Source: Laetmonice hystrix (lineage: Eukaryota). From it: a stretch of DNA of 64,000 nt. The notes beneath the pieces are model-generated. The model was not told the origin of the DNA, searched no databases, and saw only the letters and a list, made by a program, of their open reading frames with translations. The position numbers were made by a program, and so were the translations under genes. The stretch spans positions 23,934,001 through 23,998,000 of the forward strand of contig OZ249436.1 of assembly GCA_965235115.1 (NCBI GenBank), given 5' to 3'. Each line of letters opens with the position of its first letter. Position 1 is the stretch's first letter. This document shows positions 38,514-50,718 of the stretch, piece after piece.

Positions 38514-41500
38514 TACCCAGGGGGCCAGCCACCCTTTTTTGGTGAAAACAGACACTGTCTGCTGTAAAAGGTTGTTGTATATGGTTGGATTCCTTAGACC
38601 CTCAGTAATAACTTCTAGGTGGACAACCTTTGCAACAACCTACTGTAACTCCGCAATTCAAGATGGCGTCCAAGATGGCCACCATATCTTAAAGTCTCCA
38701 TAATGTCGTCAATTTTTATTGAATTTTCATGTGCAATACCTCGTTTCTATCGTTTTCAGAGTCGGGGAATCCATTTATGATGGTTTCAGAGTGATAAAGA
38801 CTGCAATTCAAGATGGCGTCCAAAATGGCTGCCATATATCATGAAATCTCCATAATGTCATCAATTTTTATTGAATTTTCATGTGCAATACCTAGTTTCT
38901 ATAGTTTTCAGGGTCGGGGAATCCATTTATGATGGTTTCAGAGTGATAGAGACTGCAATTCAAGATGGCGTCCAAGATGGCCGCCATATATCACATTAAA
39001 TCTCCATAATGTCATCAATTTTCATTTCATTTTCATGTGTAAAGCCGGTGACACATACCTGCGGTAATCGCGGTAGCGTTTGACGCACCCGGTTACCGCA
39101 TGCGATGAACGGACGGCAAACATGCGGGAACACATGACACATACAAGCGGCGAAACCAAAACGTCCATACGTCGCAATAAATTTTCGTCACCAAACCCCC
39201 GAAATAATTTGTTTGCTGGACTATGAATTCGTTTTGCAGCCCTGTACAATGATTTGCAGTGGTTCTAGAGGGGCTGGGTGTAATGTCTGCAAAAAGCCAG
39301 GTCTGTGGCTATTGGGAAAGCAGTGCAAGGGACACCCTGTCGTGATCCCCTGAAATACCGCATTTACGCCTTTTGGGAATATATGTCGATGATGACATAA
39401 GAAAGTAAATGTGCCTGGTAGGCCTACATGGGTTGACCGGGTTCCTACTGCATGATTCCTATACGGGCCAATATGTCAGGAACATGTTACCATCACACAG
39501 TCTAGCTACTCACCGCTCAATTCCGTTTGTAGTGTACAATGTACTTTTGATTGCCTCCCAGGCATTTTGACACTTCTCTGTGTCATGATGCAATATGTGT
39601 CGCGCATTATAGATAAGGGTGTCTCCAGACACAAGGCACCTGACACTCTATCAGCTCCCCAACCTGTTGCTTTGTCAGGGTTGTATATTCCCGCGGCATG
39701 GTTGGTGTGAGGGTTTCCCCAATTTGACGTCATAATATGGAGTTCCCCTTCCGTTTACTGGCGCGTTTACAAATCCCATTTGGACGGATGCGATGACTGG
39801 ACGCGGTGTACGGATGCGGTAAACGCTTGTATGTGTCACCAGCTTAATACCTCGTTTCTATGGTTCTCAGGGTCGGGGAATCCATTTATGATGGTTTTAG
39901 AGTGATAAAGACTGCAATTTAAGATGGCGTCCAAGATGGCCGCCATATATCATGAAATCTCCATAATGTCGTCAATTTTCATTTCATTTTCATGTGTAAT
40001 ACCTTGTTTTTCCGGGTTGTGGAATCTATTTATGATGGTTTCAAAGTGATATGATGTGCCATGTAAATGAAAAACAAACATTAAGACATAGCCTATAAGT
40101 ACCAATTACTACGTTCGACTTTGACTTGAATCAGTTATAGTCCCGTGACAAAAACGGCCCACCTAAAATCTTTGAGGGAATCCCGGAACAAGTGTACTCT
40201 TGCTTGTCTGTGGTAGATGGCTCGCTCCCTCGCTTAATCACTCATTTACTTACCGTGCCTCAGTCACTCAATCACTTACTCATGCATGTAGTATAGTGGA
40301 ATATTGCTTGTCTGTGGTGTTGGCTTCTAAGAACTGGTGATGGTATTGGCATTGCAGATGTGTGAACCAAGATGACTATAATAGCCAGACAGGGAAGATA
40401 GTTGTTGAAGGAGTTGTGTCATTGGAGCGACCAAAGAAAAGGCAAGAGGATCCACTGACTGTTGACTAGAAGAAGTTGTCATTTGCCAGGCAGAATCACA
40501 AAAGGGACTTGTACATGTTACATCAGTAACAAAGCTTCGTGTGATGGCAATAGGTGACCTGGGAAGTGTACTGTTTGGGGATTGATCAGCCTTATCTGGT
40601 GTTCCAAGACGCTTCCTTTCTGTCAGTATAGCTCTTTTCATTGAGGTAGAGGTTCCTGAATTTTGCATGCCATTTGGGGGATTTGTCTGTGATCCACGTG
40701 TCGTTGGCTATGTGCTCCTGTAGTTTTCTGTAAGTATCATCCTACCGAGCAGTCATGGCCGCATACATGTACAAGTCCCTTTTGTGATTCTGCCTGGCAA
40801 ATGACAACTTCTTCTAGTCAACAGTCAGTAGATCCTGTCGCTTTTGCTTTGGTCGCTCCAATGACACAACTCCTTCAACAACTCTCTTCCCTGTCTGGCT
40901 AGTCATCTTGGTTCACACACCTGCAATGCCAATACCATCACCAGTTCTTTTAAGCCAACACAACAGACAAGCAATATTCCACTATACTACATGAATGAAT
41001 AAGTGATTGAGTGACTGAGGCAGGGTGAGTGAATGAGTGATTGAGCGAGAGAGCGAGCCATCTACCACAGACAAGCAAGAGTACACTTGTTCCGGGATTC
41101 CCTCAAAGATTTTAGGTGGGCCGCTTTTGTCACGGGACTATAACTGATTCAAGTCAAAGTCGAACGTAGTAATTGGTACTTAGGCTATGTCTTAATGTTT
41201 GTTTTTCATTGACATGGTATAAAGCATATATATCACTTTGAAATCATCATAAATAGATTCCACAACCCTGAAAACCACAAAAACAAGGTATTACACATGA
41301 AAATGAAATGAAAATTGACGACATTATGGAGATTTCATGATATATGGTGGCCATCTTGGACGCCATCTTGAATTGCAGTCTTTATCACTCTGAAACCATC
41401 ATAAATGGATTCCCCGACCCTGAAAACGATAGAAACGAGGTACTGCACATGAAAATTCAATAAAAATTGACGACATTATGGAGACTTTAAGATATGGCGG

Positions 41501-41805
41501 CCATCTTGGACGCCATCTTGAATTGCAGTCTTTATCACTCTGAAACCATCATAAATGGATTCCCCTACCCTGAGAACCATAGAAACGAGGTATTGCACAT
41601 GAAAATTCAATAAAAATTGACGACATTGTGGAGAGTTTAAGATATGGCGGCCATCTTGGACGCCATCTTGAATTGCAGAGTTACAGTAGGTTGTTGCAAA
41701 GGTTGTCCACCTAGAAGTTATTACTGAGGGTCTAAGGAATCCAACCATATACAACAACCTTTTACAGCAGACCATGTCTGCTTGACCTTTCTGGCCCCCT
41801 GGGTA
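38514..41805. mobile_element. Academ-like fold-back non-autonomous DNA transposon
   Basis: TACCCAGGGGGCCAG termini, CTA 3-bp TSD. Arms over 1 kb (38514-40518 vs 40764-41805) with ~150-bp CAAGATGGCGTCCAAGATGGC subrepeats. Superfamily inferred from termini, TSD length and a VICQ remnant. Confidence 0.75.
39043..39844. mobile_element. Harbinger-type MITE in the left Academ arm
   Basis: TIR AGC(C/T)GGTGACACATAC, TAA TSD; absent from the right arm. Confidence 0.85.
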
Positions 41806-42339
41806 CTACGCACAGTAGTAAAAAAGTAATGTCAGGCCTAGGCCTACTTAGGCCTAATTTATTTTCGATGTTGTATCAACGATCCTAGGTAGAGCTCTAC
41901 AGGATCGTTGGTTGTACCCTATTCCCCACGTTCACGTTGCGAGTAAAAGCGATAATAAGGGAATTGTGCGTCCCGACAAGTAAACAACTTGCAAAAGTTG
42001 TACAAGATCATTATCTTTGTGGGTAAAACGGATAAAGTTGACTTAAATTATGCTTACTTAATGTACTGTCATTAATATTTTATAAATCAGAATTCAGTTT
42101 CTGGCGTGACCCCTCCTGACCTCTCGCGAGATTGACGTAAATACTGGTCCCCTGCTTGGCTTATTCGATCACAAAAAACGACGACTCGAAAAACAACGAC
42201 TGAACACAAACAACGACTATAATATTAGCGACGGACTTTATGAGACGCAAACAGTGACCTGTCGCTTGTGCAGTCTTTACATTAGCGACATCATGATAAA
42301 TGTCGTTGTTAATAACAACTTTTTTTATGAAACAGGCCC

Positions 42340-42563
42340 CTGATGTGTATTCGACTTGCTTGCTGGCAGCGCTACAACTGACCGCAACGTGCATGTGTCC
42401 CTGATCCGTGTCGCTGCTGCTATCAACGCTGATCACCGCTTCTAGATCAAGCGTGCTGCTGTGCTGACCCAGCGTCTGTCTGCATCCCATCTCCCAGGAC
42501 CACCCTAGATCAGGAAGCGGGGCCTGACTCGCCCACAAAAAAGCGATTTTCATCCTCGTCGCC
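42340..42563 (-). mobile_element. 5' leader/gag start of the Gypsy relic with tRNA-Ser(GCU)-type primer binding site
   Basis: Minus strand (A)GGCGACGAGGATG at 42551-42563 is complementary to the tRNA-Ser(GCU) 3' end except the terminal T. The frame ..KQVEYTS continues as VVGWIVCT*..GVLWSDES.. across the removed Harbinger. Confidence 0.65.
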
Positions 42564-42763
42564 TTTTTGCGATAGGCGAGAGTGCAATTTTGAACATTAT
42601 TCTCCCAGGTTCCCGAGGGCCCCATCCCCGCAGCGGGTCACCGGTCAACGGTCCCAGTCAGGCCGCCGATGGCAAGGCCGGGTAGAAACCAAAGAGGTCA
42701 GGAAGTGAGCTTTTCTCGTGGGAGGGTTCTGGGGATGGTCTGCTGTGTTTACCTACCCCTGTG

Positions 42764-44128
42764 CAGGGGCGCCGCTGCCTATTTCAAAGTGGGGGGGACA
42801 ATCTTGGGTGTGTTTGACCTTTTCCCCCGAGATTTATGTACCTGCAAAATAACAGTGTATTCACCCCCCCCCCCCCCCCCCAAGGGGCGGATTCAGGATT
42901 TTCTTTGCAGGGGGGGGGGGGGGGGGGTCAGAAGGTGCCCGCGCCGAGAGGGGAAGGGGGTCCGACTTAAAATGTTTGGGAATATAAAAGGCGATCGATG
43001 CTATTTCCCGGCTTCTCAGCATCAAACTAAAGAGCTTTCGGTGCCGACCTTTTGCTCAAGATTAATGTATTAATCAGTGAGGGATTCATCAGGGGGCTTG
43101 CCCCCCCTTAGATCTTCCTTTTTTGTATGAAGATGTATCATACTATTAGTACCTACAATTACAATGAAATCATGCCGAGCGTAGCGAGGCTAAACATTTT
43201 TTTAGGTGGGCCCCACCTGGCCGTTGACATCACAAAAAACAGTATCAAGCAATATTTATCAGAAGCAAAAAAAGTTGACGATTAGGCCTAAAACACACTT
43301 TTACCAAATAAAATAGAGACCGTCCCCATCCTACTTGCCACTTTCTATTCTACCACACTAGGCCTCATAAAGAATTGGTAAACCTCACTCATTATTTGAA
43401 TACATTCACGCATGAGGTCTTTTTCCTCAAAATCAAATAGGAAGGCCGAACATGGTCTATGGGCTAAACAAGAGACGGTACAGGGACGGATCCAGCTTTT
43501 TCAAGTAGGGGGGTCCAACGTTTTTAGGGGCGCAACCGGTGTGACTGTAGGAGTGCCGAAGGCACAAAGCCTTGCTAGGGCGTCCGGGGGCATGCCCCTC
43601 GGAAAATTTTCAAATTCAAGGTGTACTTTGGTGAAATCTGATGCATTTTGGAGCACAAAGCTATTTAAAGACCAATGATGTCAAAAGTCTTATGTAGCCC
43701 TACAATGCCATGAGGCGCCATGAACGGCAGGAGGGGCGCCATGAAATTTTAGGGGGGTCCAGACCATATGTGACCCCCTCCTCTGGATCCGCCAGTGTGG
43801 TAGGACTAAGGTACACAGGGAAGCTGCAGGGGATCTAGGCCGCGGTTAGACCCATATTAATTATAGAACAGCAAAGCATAGACCTATCTCCGAAACACAT
43901 AGGCTTAAGCCTATATAGGCGAAGGCCAAGATTAAAAATGATGAAAATCTATCTTTAATTTGCCTCCCATGGGCAATTCACCTTAAAAAGCTAGGCATAG
44001 GGAGTATAAGAAGACCTGTAGATCTATTAGGCCTAGCTTCAACTTCAAGGAGCCTTTGACCTTTTTAGGTCGCCAGCAAAAGTGGGGGGGACATGTCCCC
44101 CCCGTCCCCCCCGGCAGCGGCGCCCCTG
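42764..44128. mobile_element. hAT-like MITE with 5-bp TSD, containing nested related MITEs
   Basis: TIR CAGGGGCGCCGCTGCC, CTGTG on both sides. Nested CAGGGACGGATCCAG...CTGGATCCGCCAGTG (43480-43797) is flanked by CGGTA/TGGTA. Confidence 0.75.
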
Positions 44129-44574
44129 CTGTGAGGATAGAGGATTTTGCCCAGTTAAGTTGCTCAGGGGAATTTATGGGCTGGCGGGGCTATAGGTTAA
44201 TCCAGATCCCTTGGTTTTGGCGCCGGGTGGCAATTTATATACTACAGGACGGATGTCCCGAATGTTATGTTTTGTCTTTAAGGCTTGTGGACGGGATACC
44301 GCCCGCTTCAGCGGGCACGGCTTCCGGATGGTGCGGCGTCGGAGTTTGCTCAGGCGAGTTATACCGAGGTGCAGATACGCTTGCTGGGCGCTGGTCGTCG
44401 GATGCCTTCCATCGTTGCATCCGCCTCCCCTTTTTGGTGGGTGGGCCCGGGATGGCGCTTGTCACCCTGTGAAGCGGCATCCGGCTGGCGTTTCGGGCCC
44501 ATTAGGTGTGGGGGGAGGGAGATACTTCAAAGGTGATTGTGGAAGGATGGGAGTATGAGGAAAGCTGTACATAT

Positions 44575-46731
44575 AAGGTCGGGTAATATGGGCATAGCGG
44601 GTAATGTGGGCACCCTGCATATTTCATAATCTATGCAGAATTGGTGCTGCCACCTTGTGTTACACTGTAGTTCGGTTTATGACGTTGATGACGCGCGTCT
44701 TTGATTGTCAAGGTTGTTAAGATCGTTGAGGTGAGTCGCTTTGCCTGTTTTTTGTTCATTTCCTTAAGATTTTTCTATGAACATGATGCCTTCTAGATTC
44801 TGAAGAAATTGGAGTATGGTGGTCATTTGAGTTTTGAGAGGTTGTAAACCTTCCGAAGAAAGAGCAGCGATGACGATAATAGGCGAATACCGATCGCGTA
44901 TTTGATGCCGGCGAAGAATTTGGCGCGCTATCCCGCTGGGTAATATGGGCCCCACCAAGAAATCCAATATGAGCACGGTGCTCATATTACCCCAAGTGGT
45001 GCCCATATTATCCGCGCTGAATTTATTGCACTTAGGGCCTATAGTAGGCATATAGAGAGGTCTAGGCCTAGGGTGTTATACTCCTAATGATGCAATGTCA
45101 TTCCATGATCTGATTAAATGTCCTTGGACAATGGCTCAACCCAAAGCAACGACCAAAAAGCGAAAGATCCGTCATGCTACCATTATATTATAACAAGTTC
45201 TCCCCATAAACTGGAAGTCGAGGCAAAGAAAAAGGGCCTAGGCCTAGTGTTAATATTGCAAAGCATTGATGCACGGTGAATGTGCCGGCGTCGGAAAAGA
45301 TCAATTTTCCTTTCAATGTGACTTGTGTTAAAAAGTTTTGATCATAGAGTCTAAGCGTTGCAAAGGTGTCCCCGGAAGAACATGTACAAATTTAGGCCCA
45401 TATTCCGCCGCACAGTCTTTGTAGGCCCTACTTGCCGCTAACAGGATTGTGGACCCATTTCTCTTTCCTTAAGTCTACGGAAAGAGAAAAAGGGTCCACA
45501 CTCCGTCTATAGCCTAGCCTAATATAGACGGTCCGTCCTGGGGAGTATAGGAACACTGGTAGGCCTAGCATTTAGTCGTGAGAACTTTCGTTGTTGTGGT
45601 AAAAGTAAGACAGATTATAAAATTTAGTAGGCCTACAGTTGACATGTGGTTGCGTCAACATGTGTAAAATTAAAGTGCTGCATGCATCATAAGGCATTAA
45701 ACGTTTGGTATTCTTGCAATTTAGACCTAGGCCTATGTCGGAGGTTACTGACAATGGACTTTATATCATACAAAACTATCAGATCAATTTGAAAAAAAAT
45801 GGGACCCCGACACTACTACCTAAATGACAGCCCCGTTTACATTTACCTGTTAGTCTGGACCTAAAGTGGACCGGTCCGATACCCCCAGAAGGAGGTGATC
45901 TCGGTGCGGACCGAGGACGGTACCCCGCCCATAAGTGGCAGTGTAAACGTGTCACACAGAGTAGCCTACCAGGCCCAGTCAACTTGTCTGAGACGGTACT
46001 GCACATGCGCGCAATTCGGTCCGGTCCGAGCACGGTCCACTTGAAGTGGACCGTGATGTAAACGCGGCGAGTGAGGTTTCCGGTCGTGACTCGAGGCGAC
46101 TCATCGTCCCCGGCCCAGATACAAACTGTGTAGTGTAAACGGTGCCACTCAGGTGGACCCGGTCCGGTCCGAGCATGGTCCACTTGAAGTAGACCATAAT
46201 GTAAAGGCGGCTATACGATGCTCATATTACCCTCCATTTGTCTTCCATACATCTACATTATAAACGGTTAATGGTAATATGGGCACACTGTTCGATTATC
46301 AATATTAATCAGAAATATTCGAATGTGGTTACTAATGTACGTCTGCTGAAATTCTAGAATTGGATCATGTTGTGGTCTGTTAAATTTGGGATATAGCGGA
46401 TTTAGGTATTTAACTGGATTATATGCCCTTTACATTTCAACAGTACCCCTTTCTATAACAAATCAATATAGGTAATATGAGCATCCCGTTGAGAGTGTAA
46501 TATGAGCACGGGTGCCCATATTTCCCACGCTCTCGGGTAATATGGGCATGTTTAAAAAAAATTTATATCTTCGATTTTTAAAAAAAGCGAACAGTAAAAG
46601 AGTTTATGAATAGCTTATGTTCTTGAGAAATCAAAACTGTTTCATATAAACTTTAGACGGATGTACTATCATACGTTTCTTTCATTCGACAACCAAATGT
46701 AAAAAGGGTGCTCATATTACCCGACCTTACC
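44575..46731 (+). mobile_element. pogo/Tigger-like deletion derivative inserted at TA
   Basis: TIR (GGTA)AGGTCGGGTAATATG.GCA with internal copies of the motif. The empty site is visible in the second Ngaro repeat (47311-47330). ITSSPHKLE and PHD-like HGECAG..FQCDLC remnants at 45190-45330. Confidence 0.8.
45829..46212. mobile_element. MITE nested in the pogo-like element
   Basis: AGCCCCGTTTACATT ... AATGTAAAGGCGGCT termini and internal GGTCCGGTCCGAGCA.GGTCCACTTGAAGT repeats. Confidence 0.6.
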
Positions 46732-47639
46732 TACACGATAGGCATAGATGTGAATATCACGGATGTAGTTGCAAGTTCCTTCACCTGAAGCTTCAGGGGG
46801 GAGCTTGCAAATGTAGGGTTTGTGTTGGTAGGGGCGCGGAAAGGAAAAAGGTGACAATAAAAGTTATGGAAGTCCCGTGGATTACAAGGGTCAACGTTTG
46901 GTAGTTTGGCACTCCCTCACCTGAAGCTTCAGGGGGGGAGTCTGCGAGAATGACTCCTGTACTGATTCGTCACGAAGGTGACAACGTAGGTAATAAAAGT
47001 TTCCTACAAAGAAAATTTTGTTGTTGAGTCGTGTGAATTGAAAGGAGAATTTCGAACGACGAAATGGCGTTTCAGTTCACACGGCGAGACGGTATGTAAA
47101 TTAGGGTCTCGGTTGGCTGATGACGCCGGCTATAAAAACAGACAACAGCAGTGGACGGGTCCCCTAGTTGACACTGAGGACCGAGCAGAGTGCGTTTTGC
47201 CCACCTCCGCCCCTTCTCCCGCCAGGTGGTGATGTAGAGCGTTTCGGGCCCATTAGGTGTGGGGGGAGGGAGATACTTCAAAGGTGATTGTGGAAGGATG
47301 GGAGTATGAGGAAAGCTGTACATATACACGATAGGCATAGATGTGAATATCACGGATGTAGTTGCAAGTTCCTTCACCTGAAGCTTCAGGGGGGAGCTTG
47401 CAAATGTAGGGTTTGTGTTGGTAGGGGCGCGGAAAGGAAAAAGGTGACAATAAAAGTTATGGAAGTCCCGTGGATTACAAGGGTCAACGTTCGGTAGTTT
47501 GGCACTCCCTCACCTGAAGCTTCAGGGGGGGGGGAGTCTGCGAGAATGACTCCTGTACTGATTCGTCACGAAGGTGACAACGTAGGTAATAAAAGTTTCC
47601 TACAAAGAAAATTTTGTTGTTGAGTCGTGTGAATTGAAA

Positions 47640-48305
47640 GGATTTGGCCTACAGGTTTGACATTAGCGTCTGCACAGTGTCAGTGATTTTCAATACATGT
47701 GTCCAGTTCTTGTATCGTGTAACTGCCACACTGAGACAAAGATGTTTTCCATCTCGAGAACTAATCAGAGAGAGCCTACCACCTCGCTTTAAAACTTTCA
47801 AAAATGTCCATGTGATAATTGATTGTTTCGAAAGTTTTTGCAGAGCAACTGCAAGATTTTGGAGAACAGGGAAATATGTACTCAAACTATAAGCACCATT
47901 CTACTCTGAAAGGACTTGTAGGTATTGCACCAACAGGGGGCATCACATTTCTGTCAGATATGTATGAGAGCAGTATATCTGACAAGGAAATTGTGGCAAA
48001 ATCCGGTTTCTTGGATTTACTGAATCGAGACGATTTGGTCATTGCTGACAGGGGCTTTGACATCAAGGATATGCTCGAACCCAGGCAAGTGTGCTTGAAC
48101 ATCCCCCCATTTCTTAAAAACAGGAACCGACTAACTCCACAGGAGGAAATACTGTGTTAGAATCCATGTGGACAGGGCAATTGACCGCAGGAAAAACTTT
48201 AAGATTATTGCAAGGCGATTACCTCTGACCTTGAAACCTATTATCAGCCAGATTGTTCACATTATAGGATTTCTGGTTAACTATCAGGAACCGTTAGTGA
48301 AATAA
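47640..48305 (+). pseudogene. ISL2EU/Harbinger-like DDE transposase relic (5'-truncated, frameshifted)
   Basis: DLAYRFDISVCTVS (HTH), IIDCFE, YSNYKHHSTLKGLVGIAPTG, SISDKEI, IADRGF, LNIPPFL. Confidence 0.85.
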
Positions 48306-49039
48306 TAAGTCTAACAAAGATATTTGAAGTTGTGCAAATAAAAACTCGGGATTTGAGAGACAATTGTATTAGGGGATGTAAAAATACAAGTTCCTAAAAT
48401 TCCTGGTTTCACAGAACTCGAAGAACACTTTGCATCCACTTTTGTATGTACATGTATAGATGTAAACTTTCTTCATAGATGAAATCTTTCTTCATGTTTT
48501 TAACAAACTGTCATATGTGAGGCGGCCTGGGAAAACCTGTCGGAAGTCGCTGGAGAAATAATGGAGATGTGGCCCAGGAAAGTGTAGACATGCAAGAAAA
48601 TGTCATACCTGGTAAAGTTTTAGATTTTTATCTAGGGGTGAAATTCCAAATAATGAAACTTCAAAAATTTGGACTTCTGACAGGTTTTCCCAGGCCACCT
48701 CACATAATGTTAGCAACAAGAAAAACATGTGCCTATGTAAGTATGGTACTTTACAAAAGCATGAACGGCAGATCATTAAAATTGCTTAATGACTAGAAAT
48801 TGATGCCTTCGGCCAACACAAAAGCACCTGTCTTACGTAAATACGTAAATACAACGAAAAAACTTAGCAACAAGAAAAAAACATGCCTATGTAAGTTAAA
48901 AAACATGAATGGCAGATCATTGCTTAATGACTAGAAAGTGATGGCTTCGGCCAACACAAAAACACCTGTCTTAATGTAATAGTAAATTTATTAAAATGCT
49001 CACACAGTTGCTTTCAATTTTGTCATTCTTTAAGTTTAA

Positions 49040-50148
49040 AGGTCCCCTAGTTACTCTCCCCCCGTTCCAGTTAGTCAATTTGTACCCACATGTGAAATAT
49101 GATGTCTCACAGGCGCTGCAATGTCGAGAAAACCGTGAATGTGTGGTCCCGAGTAAACACTGTCCATGTTGTTGTTGTCGAGTTCAAATCTGCCGCTGTC
49201 GACAAATGGCGCTATGACTGACGTCATTGCATCAACCATCCCAAAATACCCCGGTAGGCCGCTTCCGGGGAATGCCCCACCGCCCCACGCCCCGCAACAC
49301 ACGCTGGGCCATTTCAGTCGATGCTCGCACCTCGGTACGTGGAGGAGCAAACTAGTACTGGTATTGACTATAGACTATATACTAAGATAAAATATTCATC
49401 ACTCATCCTCTGCTGAGAAAACGGGGCTTGTTGTAGTGGCTACACTAAAACGGTTGCCAGAGGAGTGTGCTACGCGAGGAGTGTGCTCGGTGTGCTACTC
49501 GTTCTGTGCTACGCGACTCAGCCGAGCCGCCGAGGCCCCGGTGCCCGTTAACACGCGCATAAGGAGGGGTGCTATTTACTCGAACTTTACACTAGCATAT
49601 AATATTTTTATGTTGTAGATTCTAGTCTAAGTCTGATAACGATGCGTAGCGTAGTTTATGAAAAATCGCGAGTTCAAAATGAGTGTGTGCCAGCGGCAGC
49701 CTTCCCACCCGCGGGGCGAACCGTGCCGCCGCCGTCCCTCTCAGAGCACCGCCGTTCGTCGGGCTGCCACTCACTGACTCAGTGACACGTTCGGCAGCCG
49801 AGGTGGCGAGGGCCGGGGTGGGGGGTGTCTGTGTGTGTAGGGACCGCAGTAGGGGGTTACCCCTTCCCGGCCCGGAGCCCGTCCCCTAACATGCTGTTCG
49901 CTGTCTGCCATTTTCCGCGTGCTCCTCTCCGGAAGTAGATGCAGTCACGTGGTTATGCGCGCGCATCGACGGAATTCCCCCGTTACCCAGCCATGGCAAA
50001 ATGGCGCGGAGACGCAGGCATGATACCATCATGGTACATCGTCGGTTCTCACAGTAAATCGGGTTGGTTCCACTTAAATTTATTACGATAAGTGCAGGGG
50101 ATCCATATGGGAGGGGTCAACTTCCCGGGGCGAGTAAATAGTGCCACT
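49040..50148. mobile_element. Kolobok-like non-autonomous element
   Basis: TTAA on both sides and imperfect TIRs (AGGTCCCCTAGTTACTCTCCCC vs AGTGGCACTATTTACTCGCCCC). It lies between the two convergent ISL2EU ORFs. Confidence 0.55.
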
Positions 50149-50170
50149 TTAAGCAGTTGTGTTGCAATGT

Positions 50171-50718
50171 TTATAATTGGAACGGGAGTAGACGTCTGGG
50201 GACACGCATCTCAAAAATTTCAGGGACGAGAACTGTTTTGTACACATGCTGAAGTTCCATCACAGTTGCTTTCCAGAATTCTGAATCAAACTGGACCTTG
50301 TCAATGTAGAGGGCTAGCAGGGACCACACTGCAAAATCACACCAACCTACTCCACAAATACCCATCTGCATCTGTACTTGGTAGTAGTATTGGTGTGATG
50401 TCTTTAATTTGATAACTCCATCTTCCTTGTGGAGACAAAAGGACTGCAGTTGTTTCTTGATCAGTACATCAAAGGCAGCACTAGGATATGACACTTCTCC
50501 ACAACCTTTGGACATTTAATCTCCACCAGCCCCACTAAATTGTCGCCATTGGACACAAGGCCATCAGGACTGCAGCCCATAACTGGGTATGCTGGATTTA
50601 CCCAAAATCCACTTTCCCGCACTCTGATTTGTTGTGACCTAGCCTCTGTGAAGTCTATATGGAGGTGGAAGGCTGAAGATTCATTATCAGTACCATATGC
50701 CATACTCGCAGTTATCAA
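50171..50718 (-). pseudogene. YqaJ/lambda-exonuclease-like ORF2 of an ISL2EU-like transposon (frameshifted)
   Basis: MAYGTDNE, ESGFWVNPAYPVMGCSPDGLV, LVEIKCP, LKTSHQYYYQVQMQM, WCDFAVW. Confidence 0.85.

Larger units (their letters stand above)
31413..42339 (+). mobile_element. PIF/Harbinger derivative swollen to 10.9 kb by nested insertions
   Basis: TIR GGGCCTGTTTCATAAAAAA at both ends, CTG TSD (31410-12, 42340-42). HARBI1-like remnants FDEEKFVKRYRLAKE (~37234-37278) and YSLKDFLLTPILRPDNPAEGIY (38105-38170). Perfect 18-bp-arm palindrome at 31614-31650. Removal rejoins the Gypsy frame. Confidence 0.8.
42570..47642 (+). mobile_element. Ngaro-type YR retrotransposon 3' relic with split direct repeats (B1-A2-B2)
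   Basis: YR C-terminus RFSGHGFR / AASEFAQASYTEVQIRLLG / RWSSDAFHRCIR (frameshifted, 44280-44430). A ~400-bp repeat at 44487-47046 (minus the pogo insert) recurs at 47238-47642, with a ~190-bp spacer. Confidence 0.8.
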
